A stretch of DNA of 64,000 nt from Vermamoeba vermiformis (taxonomy: Eukaryota). The translations under genes were made by a program, and so were the position numbers. Below are positions 37,528 to 50,473 of this stretch, one piece after another. The notes below the pieces were generated by a model, which was not told where the DNA came from, searched no databases, and worked only from the letters and a program-made list of their open reading frames with translations. Position 1 is the first letter of the stretch. Every line of letters begins with the position of its first letter. Location of the stretch: the NCBI GenBank assembly GCA_045837725.1, contig JBEWZL010000278.1, positions 310,001 to 374,000 on the forward strand, written 5' to 3'.

Positions 37528-38576
37528 TAGTGGATTGCCTTATACGGTAATCGGCTTCACTGTAAATACTACCCAAGCATAGGAATTGTACTATAAATTA
37601 TTGCCATATGGACGCTGTTATAGTCTTTAAAAAGGACATCAAGTGTTATTAGATCGGCATAACATTCGATAACTCCTCTCGTCTAAGACGGCAAAATCGG
37701 TTGGATTTTCAACAATAACTTTCCAACTAAAAAGCCTATATGGTAGAGCTATTAGATACCTCACAAGACGTATGTTGTAATGTGCCTGTTTCTAGCTTTA
37801 AATTAATGTAAGTTGATCTGATAAATATTACTAAACTCCGTTGGATTGCCACTACCTAGGTAATTTATTTCTTCTTAACGGATTATAAAAAAAGCCGATT
37901 GTTTTATACAGAAGTTTAAAGCGACGTTAAGCGATGGGAGTAACTACCAGGTAACGCACTTTGAAAGCAGTTTATTGTACCAGATTTAAAAATGGGTAAC
38001 ACAACGGTTGGGGTAATACACCTAGTCCTGGGATACCAGAAGACTTCTGCTTTCATTTCGTGGGTGGTCTGTATTGATTTATGGGGCCATCATCTCCTAC
38101 GATTGGAACGTACAATCCACCGTCAGGGTTTCCTCCTTCAGCTTCGAAGTCGGTGCAGCAGCTCATTGTAAAAGAATAGTTGTCCATTTGTAGTGTAGTA
38201 TCGGGTTATGTACTTTAAACAAAGCAAACTCGCAGTTTTAAATTTAACCACCGTGTACCAAAAAAGTAAGTATTGGTTTCAAAGAAACAGTAGTGTCGCG
38301 TGGTTCTTCGAAACATATCCGCAGATTAGCTAATTCTTGTACTTATCTTTCGGTAAGTTCTAGAACCTACGATGAACATACTAACGGCCGAAACTAGTTC
38401 GGTTTTAGTGCTGAATTTTCGAGTTACCAAAAAGAGAAGCTACTTCCACGAACAAATGTAGAGGTCACTGTGTGCCGCTTGAGCGGGAGCACTTCAAAGT
38501 GACCGCTCTGGGCAAGGTACCTCGAAAGTAGCTCCAACCAAGTGTTAAATCAAAACGCCAATATACACAACCACAT

Positions 38577-39428
38577 ATGGCGCAAGAAGCACTCAAACAA
38601 GTGCACGACAAAGTCAAGTCCGTGCTCGCAGAAGATGTTTCAACCTGGACTAAGGTCGAGACTAAGACTGAAGGTGCTACCCTCTACGAACGGATGGACG
38701 GCACGTCAAAAGTATCGCCACATCCAGAGCTGCGTGTTGGACGTGCGCACATGACCATTGAGGCTCCCCCTAGTGTTGTGCTCGATGTAATAATGAATTT
38801 GGAGTCAATGCGCAACTGGGACGGTCCGACTATTGCAGATGCCAAGTTGGTCGACGAAATTGAAAAAGACAAGATTCAGGTAAATTTATTTAATGGATTT
38901 ATTTACGAGTATTACCGTATGGTATAATATTTTGTGATTTTTAAAAGATTTTTAGAGATTTTTTTGATCTATTTAGGCGCGGGAATTCGTTTAGTTCAAG
39001 ATTACTGCATCAGTAATAATATATTTCTTATAGATAGTTTATTCGACACATAAGACACTGTCAGCAGCAGTTGCCAAGCGAGATGTGGTGTATGCACGTG
39101 CAGTCGAGAAATTAGACGATCACATAACCGTGTACGGTGTGTCAGTGCCGCACGACAAACAACCAGCAGGTCAGAACGGCTATTTGAGGGCAGAGATCAT
39201 TTATTTCGGCATTGACATTGCCCCGCTGAATGGCAATCAGAGTCAAGTCACGTACATGAGCTGTTTTGACTTCTGTGGCTGGCTGCATCAAAAGGTAAGT
39301 TGCATCTTAATAGTATATTATATCACATAGTGGTACTAAGTATATTGGTGCAGTTCCACGACCAAGAAATCATTCGAAACGCACAACGCTTGGGCAAGAT
39401 CCGACAGCTAGCACTCGCCAAGAAATAA
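38577..39428 (+). CDS. START-domain lipid-binding protein, spliced
   Basis: W.KV...EGATLY, MRNWD, AKRDVVYAR, SVPHDKQP..GYLRAE, QVTYMSCFDFCGWL. Confidence 0.85.
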
Positions 39429-39589
39429 ATAATAAATGTGAATAGATTCATCAGTATACTACTTGATAATACGCACCTCCGATTTGTGAATTACGCCGAG
39501 GAAAAGTTCTTTTCTTCGTCGCTAAACTCATTTATTACTTCACTCGACACGAGCAACACAACTAAGGCCAATTTAACTATATTATTATA

Positions 39590-40703
39590 ATGTCTAGTAC
39601 CGTGCATCACACAGCTGCTGTTGGTTTCAACAAGGACGCAGGACTGTAAGTCTATCAGATCCCAAATTACCGCAATATCCCAGAATGTAATTGGCCATCA
39701 ATGAATTAATCATTAATATATTGTAGCTATGATCGCGCTCGTCCTGGCTATCCTCTGAAAGCTTTGGAGCGGATGGAGAAAATATGTCACATCACCCCTC
39801 AATCTCGTATCTTAGACGTTGCAGCAGGCACTGGAAAATTCACGACTATGTTAGGTAAGTATTATACTGTTTGATGACTGCTAATGGGTGGTAAAATGGC
39901 ACTTGATCTGTGTTTTAGATTGCTATCCCGATATTAATCCTTTATCCAAGCTGAACGAGGTTATAATGTTGCTGCATTGGAGCCTGTTGAAGCAATGCGT
40001 CAAGTGCTGCGTCAGAAACTTCCTCGTAAGTAGATCGCGGTCTCAATTTGTGTAGCCTTAACAAAACGTTGTTTCTGGCCATCGATTACAGTCGTTAATA
40101 TGCTATCGTATAACAATATTTATGCGAGTAGAGATCGAAATCGTCGATGGCACCGCTGCTCAGATCCAACTCCCAGATGCGAGTGTCGATGTGATCACCG
40201 TTGCTCAAGCGTTCCACTGGTTCGCGAGCAAAGATTCATTGCAAGAATTTCACCGCGTGTTGAAACCGAATGGTAATATTGAATAGCACCTCTATTAGAG
40301 ATCTACTAAACTAACGTACTAAGGCTACTTGGTGTTGATTTGGAACGGCAAGGACGAAGCAGTGTCCTGGGTGGAAGACATTGTAGTGTACATGTTCAAT
40401 TACAAGCCTAAAGACACGCCGCAATATCGCGACAACAAGTGGCAATCAGCATTCACGGATCAAGAGCTGTTCGGAGAATTACGTTACACGACTTACAGCA
40501 ACGACCAGACGCAGTCAAGACAAGACATTATTGATCGTGTATTCTCTACTAGCTTTATCTCCAAGCAGCCTGAAGATGTAGCCGTCAAAATCAAAGCAGA
40601 TCTGAACGCCATTATGGATCGCCATTCAATCAATATGAAACCTGGTGAGACCGTTGTCTATCCTTATCGCACTGATCTGTTCATTACTCAAGTTCAAAAA
40701 TAG
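39590..40703 (+). CDS. Class I SAM-dependent methyltransferase (Methyltransf_11-like), spliced
   Basis: YDRARPGYP, motif I LDVAAGTGKFT, ALEPVEAMR, DVITVAQAFHWF and HRVLKPNG. Confidence 0.92.
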
Positions 40704-40823
40704 TAGAAAACAAAGCAAATAGTTTATTTACGTCATATTGCAATAAAACGCAATTAGTACATTTTCATACACGAGTGGAACCAATCAAATTTCGAGTCAC
40801 TGCCACATTCATTGCTCTCGCTA

Positions 40824-42485
40824 TTATTTACGGATGCAACCATTCTCTCGCGCGTATTTCTCCGCGTCAGCGTGGTGATAGTTGGCAGCAATGTCAGCCT
40901 CGTTGCCGTTCCAAGAAGCACCATTTTCATGCGCGTATTTGACGCACGCGAGATAACCATGTTTGGCAGCTTTGTACAAGGTATCGCCCCACGGACACCC
41001 CTCTTCATGCACATATTTCAAGCAGTCTACGTGTCCACCCTTCGCTGCGGTAACGCACATTCTCTCTGCCGGCCATGGACAGCCATGTTCGTGCGCATAT
41101 TGGAGGCACGCTAAGTGACCATTCTCAGTCGCTGCGAGTGTCGTGTTCTCATTCCATTGTGCACCGTGCTCGTGCGCGTATTTTAGAGCAGCCAAGTGGC
41201 CATACAACGCCGCCTTGTAACACGCCGAACCCCACTCGGCACCATTTTCGTGGGCGTATTTGAGGCACTCCAATTGCCCTGATTGGGCAGGACTATCGCA
41301 CTTGACTTCTCCCCACTCCAATCCGTTAGTGTGAGCGTAGATCAAACATTCCAAGTGCCCCTTGTACGCGGCATTCATGAGAGTAGCTTGGCTCCAAGCA
41401 CAGCCTTGTTCATGCGCATATTTCAACAGCTCCAAATTGCCCTGGCTCGCAAGACCAGCTGTAGTTTGATCATCCCATGGACAACCGTTCTGATGGGCGT
41501 AAAGAAGACAATTAAAGTGCCCATTCATTGCCGCGCTACTGCACACTTTGGCATCCCATTGGCAGCCCTGTTCGTGTGCGTACTTGAGACAATCGAGCCG
41601 TCCATGTTCAGCTGCCCTAGCGCAGGTCTCGGCGGTCCATTTCGATCCAGGTTGTTCGTGAATGTATTTCAAGCACGCCAAGTGCCCGCCTTCAGCTGCC
41701 AGCGCACAACAAACTTCAGAGTCCCACTTGCAGCCATTTTGGTGTGCGTATTTTAGACAATCCAAGTGGCCGTGCTGCGCGGCTGTGAAGCAGACAAACT
41801 TGTCCCAGGGGCAGCGATTCTCGTGCGCGTACTTGAGGACCGCGAGGTGTCCTTTCTCCGCTGCCAACTGACACGCGTTGTAATTCCACCCTGTTTTGTT
41901 CTGGTGCGCGTAACGCAAGCAATTGAGGTGTCCTCGCCCAGCTGCAAGTTTGATCACGAATGAATGTACTGGGCGGCCTGGTTTGTGCGCGTATTTCAAG
42001 CAGGAGAGGTAGTCCCAGTAACTGAAGTACTGCTGAAATAGCTCTCGCCCAACCTTGCGTGCAACGAGGCCTAACTTTTGCTTGTAAGTGGCGCAGTAGC
42101 TGTGCAACTGTTTTGACGTTGATGAAAGAAATGCGAGCTTAATGTATTGAAGATCAGGCTCGCTTATTCGCCATTCCCAAGAAATGTCTTCGGTCTTACT
42201 CGTCAGATGCTGTAGTATTATTCCCCACACATCAGATGGTAATTCAGCAGTCTATAAATCGTCGTAAGTAAAAGTAAAGAAGATCTGATCGGCAAAAGAC
42301 TTTAAACAGACCACTTTCGTTATCACTGTGATCTGACTAAGTTACTGTTTCACTGTGTTAACTTGATAATCGTCTTTTTTTGACTAATCATGATTATGAA
42401 GTGGATTGCTGCCCAATAATTTCGAAATTAACGCTTCATTTTGAATAAATTTAACTTTTCTCCTACTCACTTTTTTACTCGCCAT
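40824..42485 (-). CDS. Ankyrin-like repeat protein (CLKYAHENGCPWD type) with an F-box-like N-terminus
   Basis: About 15 repeats of AAxxGHLxCLKYAHExGCxW in one 1.4-kb exon, with LPSDVWGIIL at the N-terminus. The short first exon MASKK at 42485 is tentative. Confidence 0.85.
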
Positions 42486-42754
42486 TTGTTGAAACGACGC
42501 TTGTCAGATTTAGGCAAGTTGATGGAACTGCTAGACTTGTGACGATAATATGAGATTCAGTTGTGGTCAATGTTTCTTGCAGCTAGTTTGAACTGTTGAA
42601 AGTAAATTTCCAGTCTTTAACAACGGTAATTAATTCGGTACACACCACAATCCATAAAAAGGAAAGATATATTTACATAGATTTGTTACGATTAATCTCC
42701 TTGGGAGTGGTTGAACCGAAAAACTAATCGGTTCTCGGAACTCTGGATCCGTGT

Positions 42755-45700
42755 TTAAACTTCAGAGTGCGACCACTCGTCTTCATCGCTGCTGCTCTCA
42801 CTACTGCTGCCGCTCTCAGCACTGCCGCTCTCCTCGAGCTCTTCACTGGCACTCTTGCTGTGGCTCGCACTAGGACTCTCGTTGTCACTTTCATACTCGC
42901 TCTCTTCCTCGTCACTCGGTTCAGTGGCTGGCATAGGATTGCGCAAGTCGACTTGAGCACCAACATCGACACTTGTCTCGGCCTCACTCGCTGGGGACTC
43001 AGATGGCGATTGAGATTGAGACGAACTTTCTGAGTCGTCAGATGCTTCTCTAGAGTTGTCTTGAGCAGGAGAGTGTGAATGCGAGCGTGACATGGACTGT
43101 GAGCGGGACTGCGATTGTGAGCGTGATTGTTCGGAGGAGGAATCGTAGTCCATGGGCTGCATTTGATCGGGCATTTGGAACATTTCAATGTCCGGTGCGT
43201 TCATGTTGAGCTGTCCTTTGTAGGCAGTGGGCACTGGTCTCATGTTGGGCACGTCAGATTGAGACAGGCCTTGCGACGGTTTGACCACGTGACCCGGCAA
43301 AGGAGCATCGTTTGACGCGGAGACGTTCAGTCTGTTGACATTCAAATGACTGCGTGTTGATTGGCGTACAATGTGCGTGTAGGTCTCTGTGGTTACAATA
43401 AGTAACTGCGCTTAGTTTGTTAGTGATAAGACTTACTCTTGCGGTGCAAGTGAAGGAACAGACGCCACGAGTAAATAATGGCAAAGATACCAATCACAAC
43501 GACAAAGCAGACCAAAATCAAGTTGTTGATCGTTGTCGTGCGGTCAGTGAACAAATTGCACAGTTCAGGGCCGTAGAGAGGTGCACTGGGATCACAGCCG
43601 TACAAATAGACCGAGAAGATGATGAGCACGCCCAACAGCAAGAGGAACACTACGGACTCGAGCAGTGCGTAGATGATCACGATCACTTTGTTTCGCACTG
43701 CAGCACCGACGATGCCAAAGATCTGCACGGCAATGAACACCGCGAGACCAGCAATTGGCACCCATTGATTGATGTTCACATCGGTCAAGGCCACAACTGC
43801 GTGAGTCTGAAGAGATAAATTGTTAGAGCTGTTTCACAGGTACCTCCCGTCCAACTTACCAGACCAACCATGGCCACTGCAATCATGTTGAAAATAAACG
43901 GGTTTTCGAAGATGGGCTGACGAACTGATTTAGGTGTCTCGCGCTAATGTGCGTTAGAGAGGTTCGTATTACATATTATTATGATGTGCTTACGTCAGGA
44001 TAAGGTCGCTTGAATCTGTATGCCGCGACAAAGCCCAAAATCGCATAGGGTATCATAATGACAGCGATGATTACTTGCCCCACGAAAATCAATATCGTTG
44101 CCTCTCTAAGACACAATTGTGCATTAGTCCACGTCACTGCATGTGTTATTCATCAGAACTTACATCGCATCCACGCACACGTCTGTCACTATCCGCTCTG
44201 CAAATGACGCGACGAATTGACAGTCAGCAATGCGCAACAGTCCTTGAATGACGTCAATGATCGTTTGCACGCGTTGGATCTGTTGGTTCACTTGATCTTG
44301 CACGTCTTGCGGTGCTTGTGTTATGTACGGAGCAATGGCAGCTTTGAGGTTGTTCAACTTGATGACTGCAGCCTCAGCTATCGCGGGCAAAGTATTATTT
44401 GTAGCACTGAAGTCAATTGTGAGCAATCATCGTGCACATTTAAGCTAAGAGGTACGTACTTGAGTGTTGGATCGAAGGAGTAACCAGTCTCGCGAGTGGC
44501 AGTGTCGTTCAGATCAATGAACTGCTGTTGAATGACCACTTTCAGACTGTCAAATGCATCGCCAAAAGTACCGCCATTGACGCATGACAAGAGAATGCCC
44601 AGGTCAGCTGATTAAAGTGTTAGTAACTACTCGATCGGTGACACACGTGACTTACTGCTCGTGTCGTTGGTTGTCAAGTAGTCGTCAACTTTCTGACAGA
44701 AATCATCCATCACAAATGAAATGGGCACGTGCAGACCAAAACCACTGCCCATGAAGAACACGGTGATGAGACCCATGATGCCGAGACTAATCGTAATGTA
44801 GAGTATTAGCGACATATTACAATTAAGTGACTAGAGGTCTACTTACGCCAGGGCCAATTTGCTCTGCTGAGTGATGGCTGCAGTGAGACCAACAGCCGCA
44901 GTGACCAGTGCAGTCAAAAAGCCAAAGTGCACGACAAGATTTCTGTAGTTACATGTCAGCTAACCATTCAAGTACTAATCTTATTGCGTGTCTGTGTACC
45001 TGAAGACGTCTAACGAGCCAATCTGTTTATCAGCGTCTACGACTGTAGCGTTAATTTGGACCACTTGACTTCTGATTGGATCCAAGTAGGCTATTTAAGG
45101 TCATTAGTGATCTGTGCCTATATCATAATATACAAAAAACAATGCGTACCGGGAAATGACGGGTCAATGGGCGCAACCAACGTTGAAATGTTGTCCAGCT
45201 TCAATGACACTTCAATGACGGCCTCACGAGCAGTGCTAGTAATTGATCGAATGTCTGTGGTCGTAGCACGATTGCCGTACATGCCTACAATAACTCCACC
45301 GCTGTGTAATATAAAGTATTACTATAATAGTAAATTTAAACAATTTAAATTTCATCGAGGTGGTTCAGAATTTATAATTTAAACACGATCGCTGCTGTGT
45401 CAAATTTGTCGTATAATATTGTTTCATATATGAGGATCGTTTGCGCTAATTACGAAACATGTTGCAAAAATTTGTGTGGGATCTACCCCTAAGATTTCGA
45501 TACTTTACTCATTTCAAAGAATGTCATCGCGAGTATAATCTATTAGATACTATAAATCTAATTATGACAAATAATTCGGATGAAAGCGGTCAGATCCTGT
45601 AAAGTCTGCGTGCGATCCTGAAACATATGTTTCAAAACAAACAGATAGTACTTACACTGTGAATAATACGAATATGCCTAATATGATTCGATAAGGCAAG

Positions 45701-46224
45701 CGCTGCTTCCTCGAAAATCGTTCTTGGCTAGCAATTCTACCGCACTTCTTGCATCCGAAATAGCAGCCGCAAAAAGTGAATAACGAGATTATAGCAACTA
45801 AGGCCAATATAAATCCTGGCAATCCGTACAACGCCACGCCCTTTAATCGCAAATTAGTCAAAGGTCACACTCGCACGGAATCCGTTAATGAAAAATCAAT
45901 GATTCGAAATTACTCCGTTTCGTTCGATTAATAAATTATTACGAAACGATATTGCATTAGTGATAGACTTACACCAAAGTATTGGACAGAGGCTTCGAAT
46001 GAGTCGTTGCGCTGAGTGTACGTTCTATTAATGACAATAGCATTCAAATCACGTCCAGTGTCGTATTGTTCGACTGAATTATCGCCTGAGACTATGGACA
46101 TCGCAATTAAATTAAAATTTTTGAGGTACCGGCGGGCGATCAACTTACGTAAGGCAACGGTCATGAGAATGGTTGCACATACTGCCAATAAAGTCAGTGG
46201 CTTATTGGCACCACTAGAGTCCAT
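42755..46224 (-). CDS. Multi-pass membrane protein, prominin/tweety-like, with extra C-terminal TM helices and an acidic Ser-rich tail, spliced
   Basis: Signal peptide, a TM followed by a Cys-rich segment (FCGCYFGCKKC), DDFCQKVD, a large helical ectodomain with ADCQFV...VCVD, a further TM bundle at 43420-43890 and an S/E-rich tail. Confidence 0.6.
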
Positions 46225-46589
46225 GATGAGCTGTGGGTGAGGGTCACAAATGAAAATAAAAATGAAGGAATAATTTTGCACAAATGTGGCAGTTAAGAAA
46301 AATCTCCCGTGAAATCTCAGTTGCCTCTATAACTGCCTCATACTACGAGAGGATGGCCTGTAATCTAATAAGAGCATCTGATTTCGCGATTTATCCGTTC
46401 AGTTTGTTTACGACGGTACATCCGCTTTTTAGTGTTTACGGTCTAAATTCCCGAAGGTTCCATGCAGAGCAATGAAGGTTCGGATCAATGTGCACACCGA
46501 AGTGACGCGAGCCAAAGGCTGTATGAGACGTATACGTTGCATGCGTTAGTATTTGCGATTCGCTAAGACGCGATCTGAGTTGTTGGTTT

Positions 46590-48316
46590 TCAGCTAGTTT
46601 CCGAGTTATCCTTAGGCTTTGATTTGCTCTTGGGTGGTATAATGGCACTCTTCAGATTGAATTCGTCGATCTTCTTTTGTAACGAGGCCGGGTCTTTGAT
46701 AAACTGGAAGTAACGCTGGATGTAGACGAAGTAATCGCATTGCTCGCCAAACAGTAGTGCTGAACATATCGCCTTGAATATCAATGCTTCTCTGTCTATA
46801 TAGCAAGGATTAAACTAAGTAACGGCTTTTCCGTAAATGGTAGTCAGAATTTAATTAACCGTAATTACCTGTATTTTTGAGTTCAACGCGCTGGATCTGC
46901 GGATGAAACAGAGCATGCTTCCACCAATGCACGGTCAAGCGCCAAGACCTTTCTTTCGAAGCATCAGCCTCTTCTTCCAACTTTTCATTATCTTTCTTTT
47001 CTCGCAGTAGTCGCGCTAACAACTGCCACAAGCTCGCATCTTTTAAGCGATAGTGCAGTCTGTTAACGGTGGAATCGATCAACTCGTCGATTGGAACGTC
47101 GTGGCCTGATATCGTTAGTAAAAGGTAGATGTGGACACTTAGTCCCGTTACTTACCTTCCGCGAACATCTTTACGAGTCTGTTGAATGCATAGTCATTGG
47201 CTGGATCGAGTTCTAACAGACTTCGAATGTGTTTGAGCATCAGATCTGTGTTTGTCGGGTAATAGCACTCTACAAATGACAAGACATAGCTATGCAAGGG
47301 TGTTAACAGCTATGACTCAATTAGCATGTTATATATACGTACCGATGCGTGTTTGGGTTCTTCGGTGCACGTGCGCTGTACTCTTGCAAGAAGCTCAGCG
47401 CGGCTTGAATTTCTTTTTTGAACGTCAACAGTCTGGTGTAGTGGTACACAAAGGTATCGCTGCAAGTAGGTGAAATTTCAAGCGCACGACTCAAGTGTTG
47501 TCGCGCCTTGTTGTAGAATCCAGTGCCTCTATTGCCGAGTTGATCGTAGCGCACCGTCGTCAAACCTAGTCCCGCAATCAAAATGTCAGTTGGGCTGTCA
47601 GTAAGTGTTTGTTTAGGACCATACGTTGATTAGTCGCTATGTTGTTGATCTCTCTTTCCCACTCCAAATAACACGCAACACCACAGTAGCCGTGGAACAG
47701 TGGATTTGTTCGGTACGGATCCACTTCGAGATAACTACATCGAGATGAGACGCGCTCTTAGTTATGTAATAGTTGTAATTTACCTCTCTAAAATATCAAC
47801 TGCATCGCGGAAATAACTGCGCTTAATGTTGTAGAAGGCTAGCTCTAAAATGATAATTTCTCTCTGCAGCATGAATGAGTTTCATTTGAATGAAAGCACA
47901 AAATAATTGTAATTACATTGTCTTTATCCAAGGCAATCATTTTGCGGTAAAAATGACGCGCCTGCTCGTGAATAGTTGATGACAGGTTGCGTAATGCTTC
48001 CATGCCCGCCTGTTGATGTAATAATTCGTTAAAAATGGAATCAGTGGTGTAATAAATATGAATCCATTATGTATGAGGTCAGATTAATTTTTCAGGCGGG
48101 TTGTTGTTGGATCTGGCGGATCCAAACGGGTTTCAATACCTTGAAGACAATATTGCGGCATTTCTTGTATGATGGCGTTAAGATAGAAATAATTTGTGTT
48201 GCGGAGTGGAAATCATGTTGCAGCAGTAATTGTTTCAATAGCACGAGCAGATTTCGCAAATGCAGATTCTTGACACCAAACTGGCGCTGTTGTAGAAGCT
48301 TGTTTTGCGAAAACAT
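46590..48316 (-). CDS. RNA polymerase I initiation factor subunit TAF1A/Rrn11-like (TPR-like), spliced
   Basis: HLRNLLVLLKQLLLQHDFHSA, AGMEAL, LELAFY, PYRTNPLFHGYCG, FVYHYTRLL and LLELDPAN resemble Rrn11/TAF1A blocks. Confidence 0.55.
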
Positions 48317-48558
48317 GCTTGCGTAAACACTGCAAACGTATGTGGAACTACGTAAGGTTATGAAATGGCACTAAATGCCGACAAAAGAAAAAACGTTGAC
48401 TCGTTCAGTGAAAACACGTGCCCTGACGTAAGTTATTAAAACGGAGAAATTGATTTTGAGGCATTATTTCATTCAGTCGGAGTGTAAACAATCAAAACCG
48501 GGACCGCGTAACGTTTATTAACGTCCCCTTGTTGATTATTCTTCACTTCACTATCACT

Positions 48559-49129
48559 ATGGAGCTCATCTTCGATCTGCATGCCATGATCTCAGTTGGC
48601 ACGACCCTCTCGGTCCTTGGCCTTCTGTATTTTGCTGGCAAGGTGATCTTATCCAATTTTGTACCACGCAAATCAATTGCCGTCGACGAGGAAAAGTCAT
48701 TTCAAAGCTTTGAAGATGGACGAGTTGTTTACAGCACGGAAGAGGACAAACTGCCCCAATTTTCCCCTCAAAGCTTAGAAAAATACAATGGTGCCAATAA
48801 TAATCCATTATATGTCGCATTATTGGTAAGATTTTATATGATTTTCTATTTATTAATTTCCGGTTTTTTACGGATTTCTAATGTTTACTCTTGGCTTGTA
48901 GGGCAAAGTGTACGATGTCACTAAGAGCAATGACTTTAAGAAGGAAGGTCTATTCCAAATATATGCTGGAAAAGACGTTACATTGGCATTGGCTAAGCAA
49001 ACGACCCATCCAGTAATTGACGGATCCACCTTCACTCCGATCGATTTGAAGCGATTGCAAGTCTGGACCAACATTTTTGAGAAGCGATATGCTTGTGTGG
49101 GTGTTGTACGCTCACACAGCGTGTTGTAA
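48559..49129 (+). CDS. Membrane-associated cytochrome b5-like heme/steroid-binding protein (MAPR family), 2 exons
   Basis: N-terminal TM, FSPQSLEKYNG...PLYVALL|GKVYDVT...YAGKDVTLALAK...W...FEKRYACVG. Confidence 0.88.
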
Positions 49130-49423
49130 TTGTCGCGACAACCACACGATCCAATCCCAACCCAAACCCTTATTTATTTGTAATAAAGCGCTTGGTACTT
49201 TCAGTACTGTTACTTCAATCAGGTACAATAAACACCTGCAGGCGGTAATCTAGCACGGCTTAATTTTCGAATTCCATCTGACAACAACGGCTGTAAATAA
49301 GTGCGGCACTCATCGGGCGGAGAGCTATAATTAGCATTATAAAATACCAAACAGCAGCGGTGGCTTGTCATTGCTACCCTAACAGTCAGTTCTTTTTCTG
49401 CTCCCGACTTGACACCAACAGAG

Positions 49424-50240
49424 ATGGAACTTGAAGTTTGGCTCATACTGTCTCTTATTCTTGTGCTTCCAACATTACCCTTTATAACTTACTGGGCCAA
49501 GGAGCGAACATTGATCGAACAAGACCAGCCTTCTTTACTGTCGTGGTAAATGGATTTGGATCATATTTTTTTTTGCGCTCAGTGAAATGCAGCTCGCTTA
49601 AGAGTCGCACATCTTAGTTCGTGGTCGATTAATTTTTAGAAATTATTAACTATTTATCAGGTTTCAGCCCGAACGAAAGTCCTATTGGAGCTATCTCAAT
49701 CCTATTACCTGGTAACTAGCCAAGTATTATTATTCTGTCTTTGTTAACTTATCACCTAGGTGGACTCCAAAGGAGCCGGGATATGTCACTCGCTTGAACG
49801 AGTTAGCAAACAAACTACCTGTTCTGATCCAAGCTTTCATTGCTGTGGTGGTCTTATTCTTCATTTTAAAACTGCTTATTCAAATAATTCTTTTCGTACT
49901 CGGCTTCCGCAGCGATGGGGTCGCCAAAGGTAACTACTATTTCGACCACTACTCGACGATTTATCGATGCCTTTTTGGCTTTAGGTTCGTATGGCTCCTC
50001 GATGATGAGCAGAGAAGCAATTGCACGAGGAGGTGGAGTAGCGAGGGGCGGAAGAGTTGCCAGACTTCAATCAGCTGGCACTTCAGGAGGTTAGTAGTAC
50101 ACAGTGACGATAATCACCTTACCAATTCATTAGGTCCGCTCGCACTTCTAGGAACATTACTGCCCCTTGGTATCATCGGAGCACTGTTTTATCTGTATTA
50201 TGATACGAAGTCTGCTCGAATTAAACAGTCAGCTTGGTGA
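49424..50240 (+). CDS. IFI6/IFI27-like (ISG12 motif) membrane protein, spliced
   Basis: Spliced LGFRSDGVAKGSYGSSMMSREAIARGGGVARGGRVARLQSAG matches the ISG12 consensus. Upstream exons reconstruct in frame from ATG 49424. Confidence 0.75.
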
Positions 50241-50473
50241 ATAACATACAGAGTACCGAAAGAATTGGAGAATGGGACTCGAAGTGAACGCACAAGCCTC
50301 TTTCGTTGTGGATTTAAAGTATTTATTCGCTAAGGTTATAAAAATTCGCAAAAAACAAGTAAAAAATGTGTTTGAAATGTTCCTTTTGAGATCCGCAGAG
50401 GAAGTATTCGAACGTTATATTACAGATTTCTATCGCTATAACTCTATATTCAACAATCTACAATAAGTGGTCC

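Noticed and set aside
37530-38570. 1-kb spacer with a minus-strand ORF of about 46 codons
   Set aside because: Too short, with no homology cues, terminal repeats or RNA-gene signatures seen.
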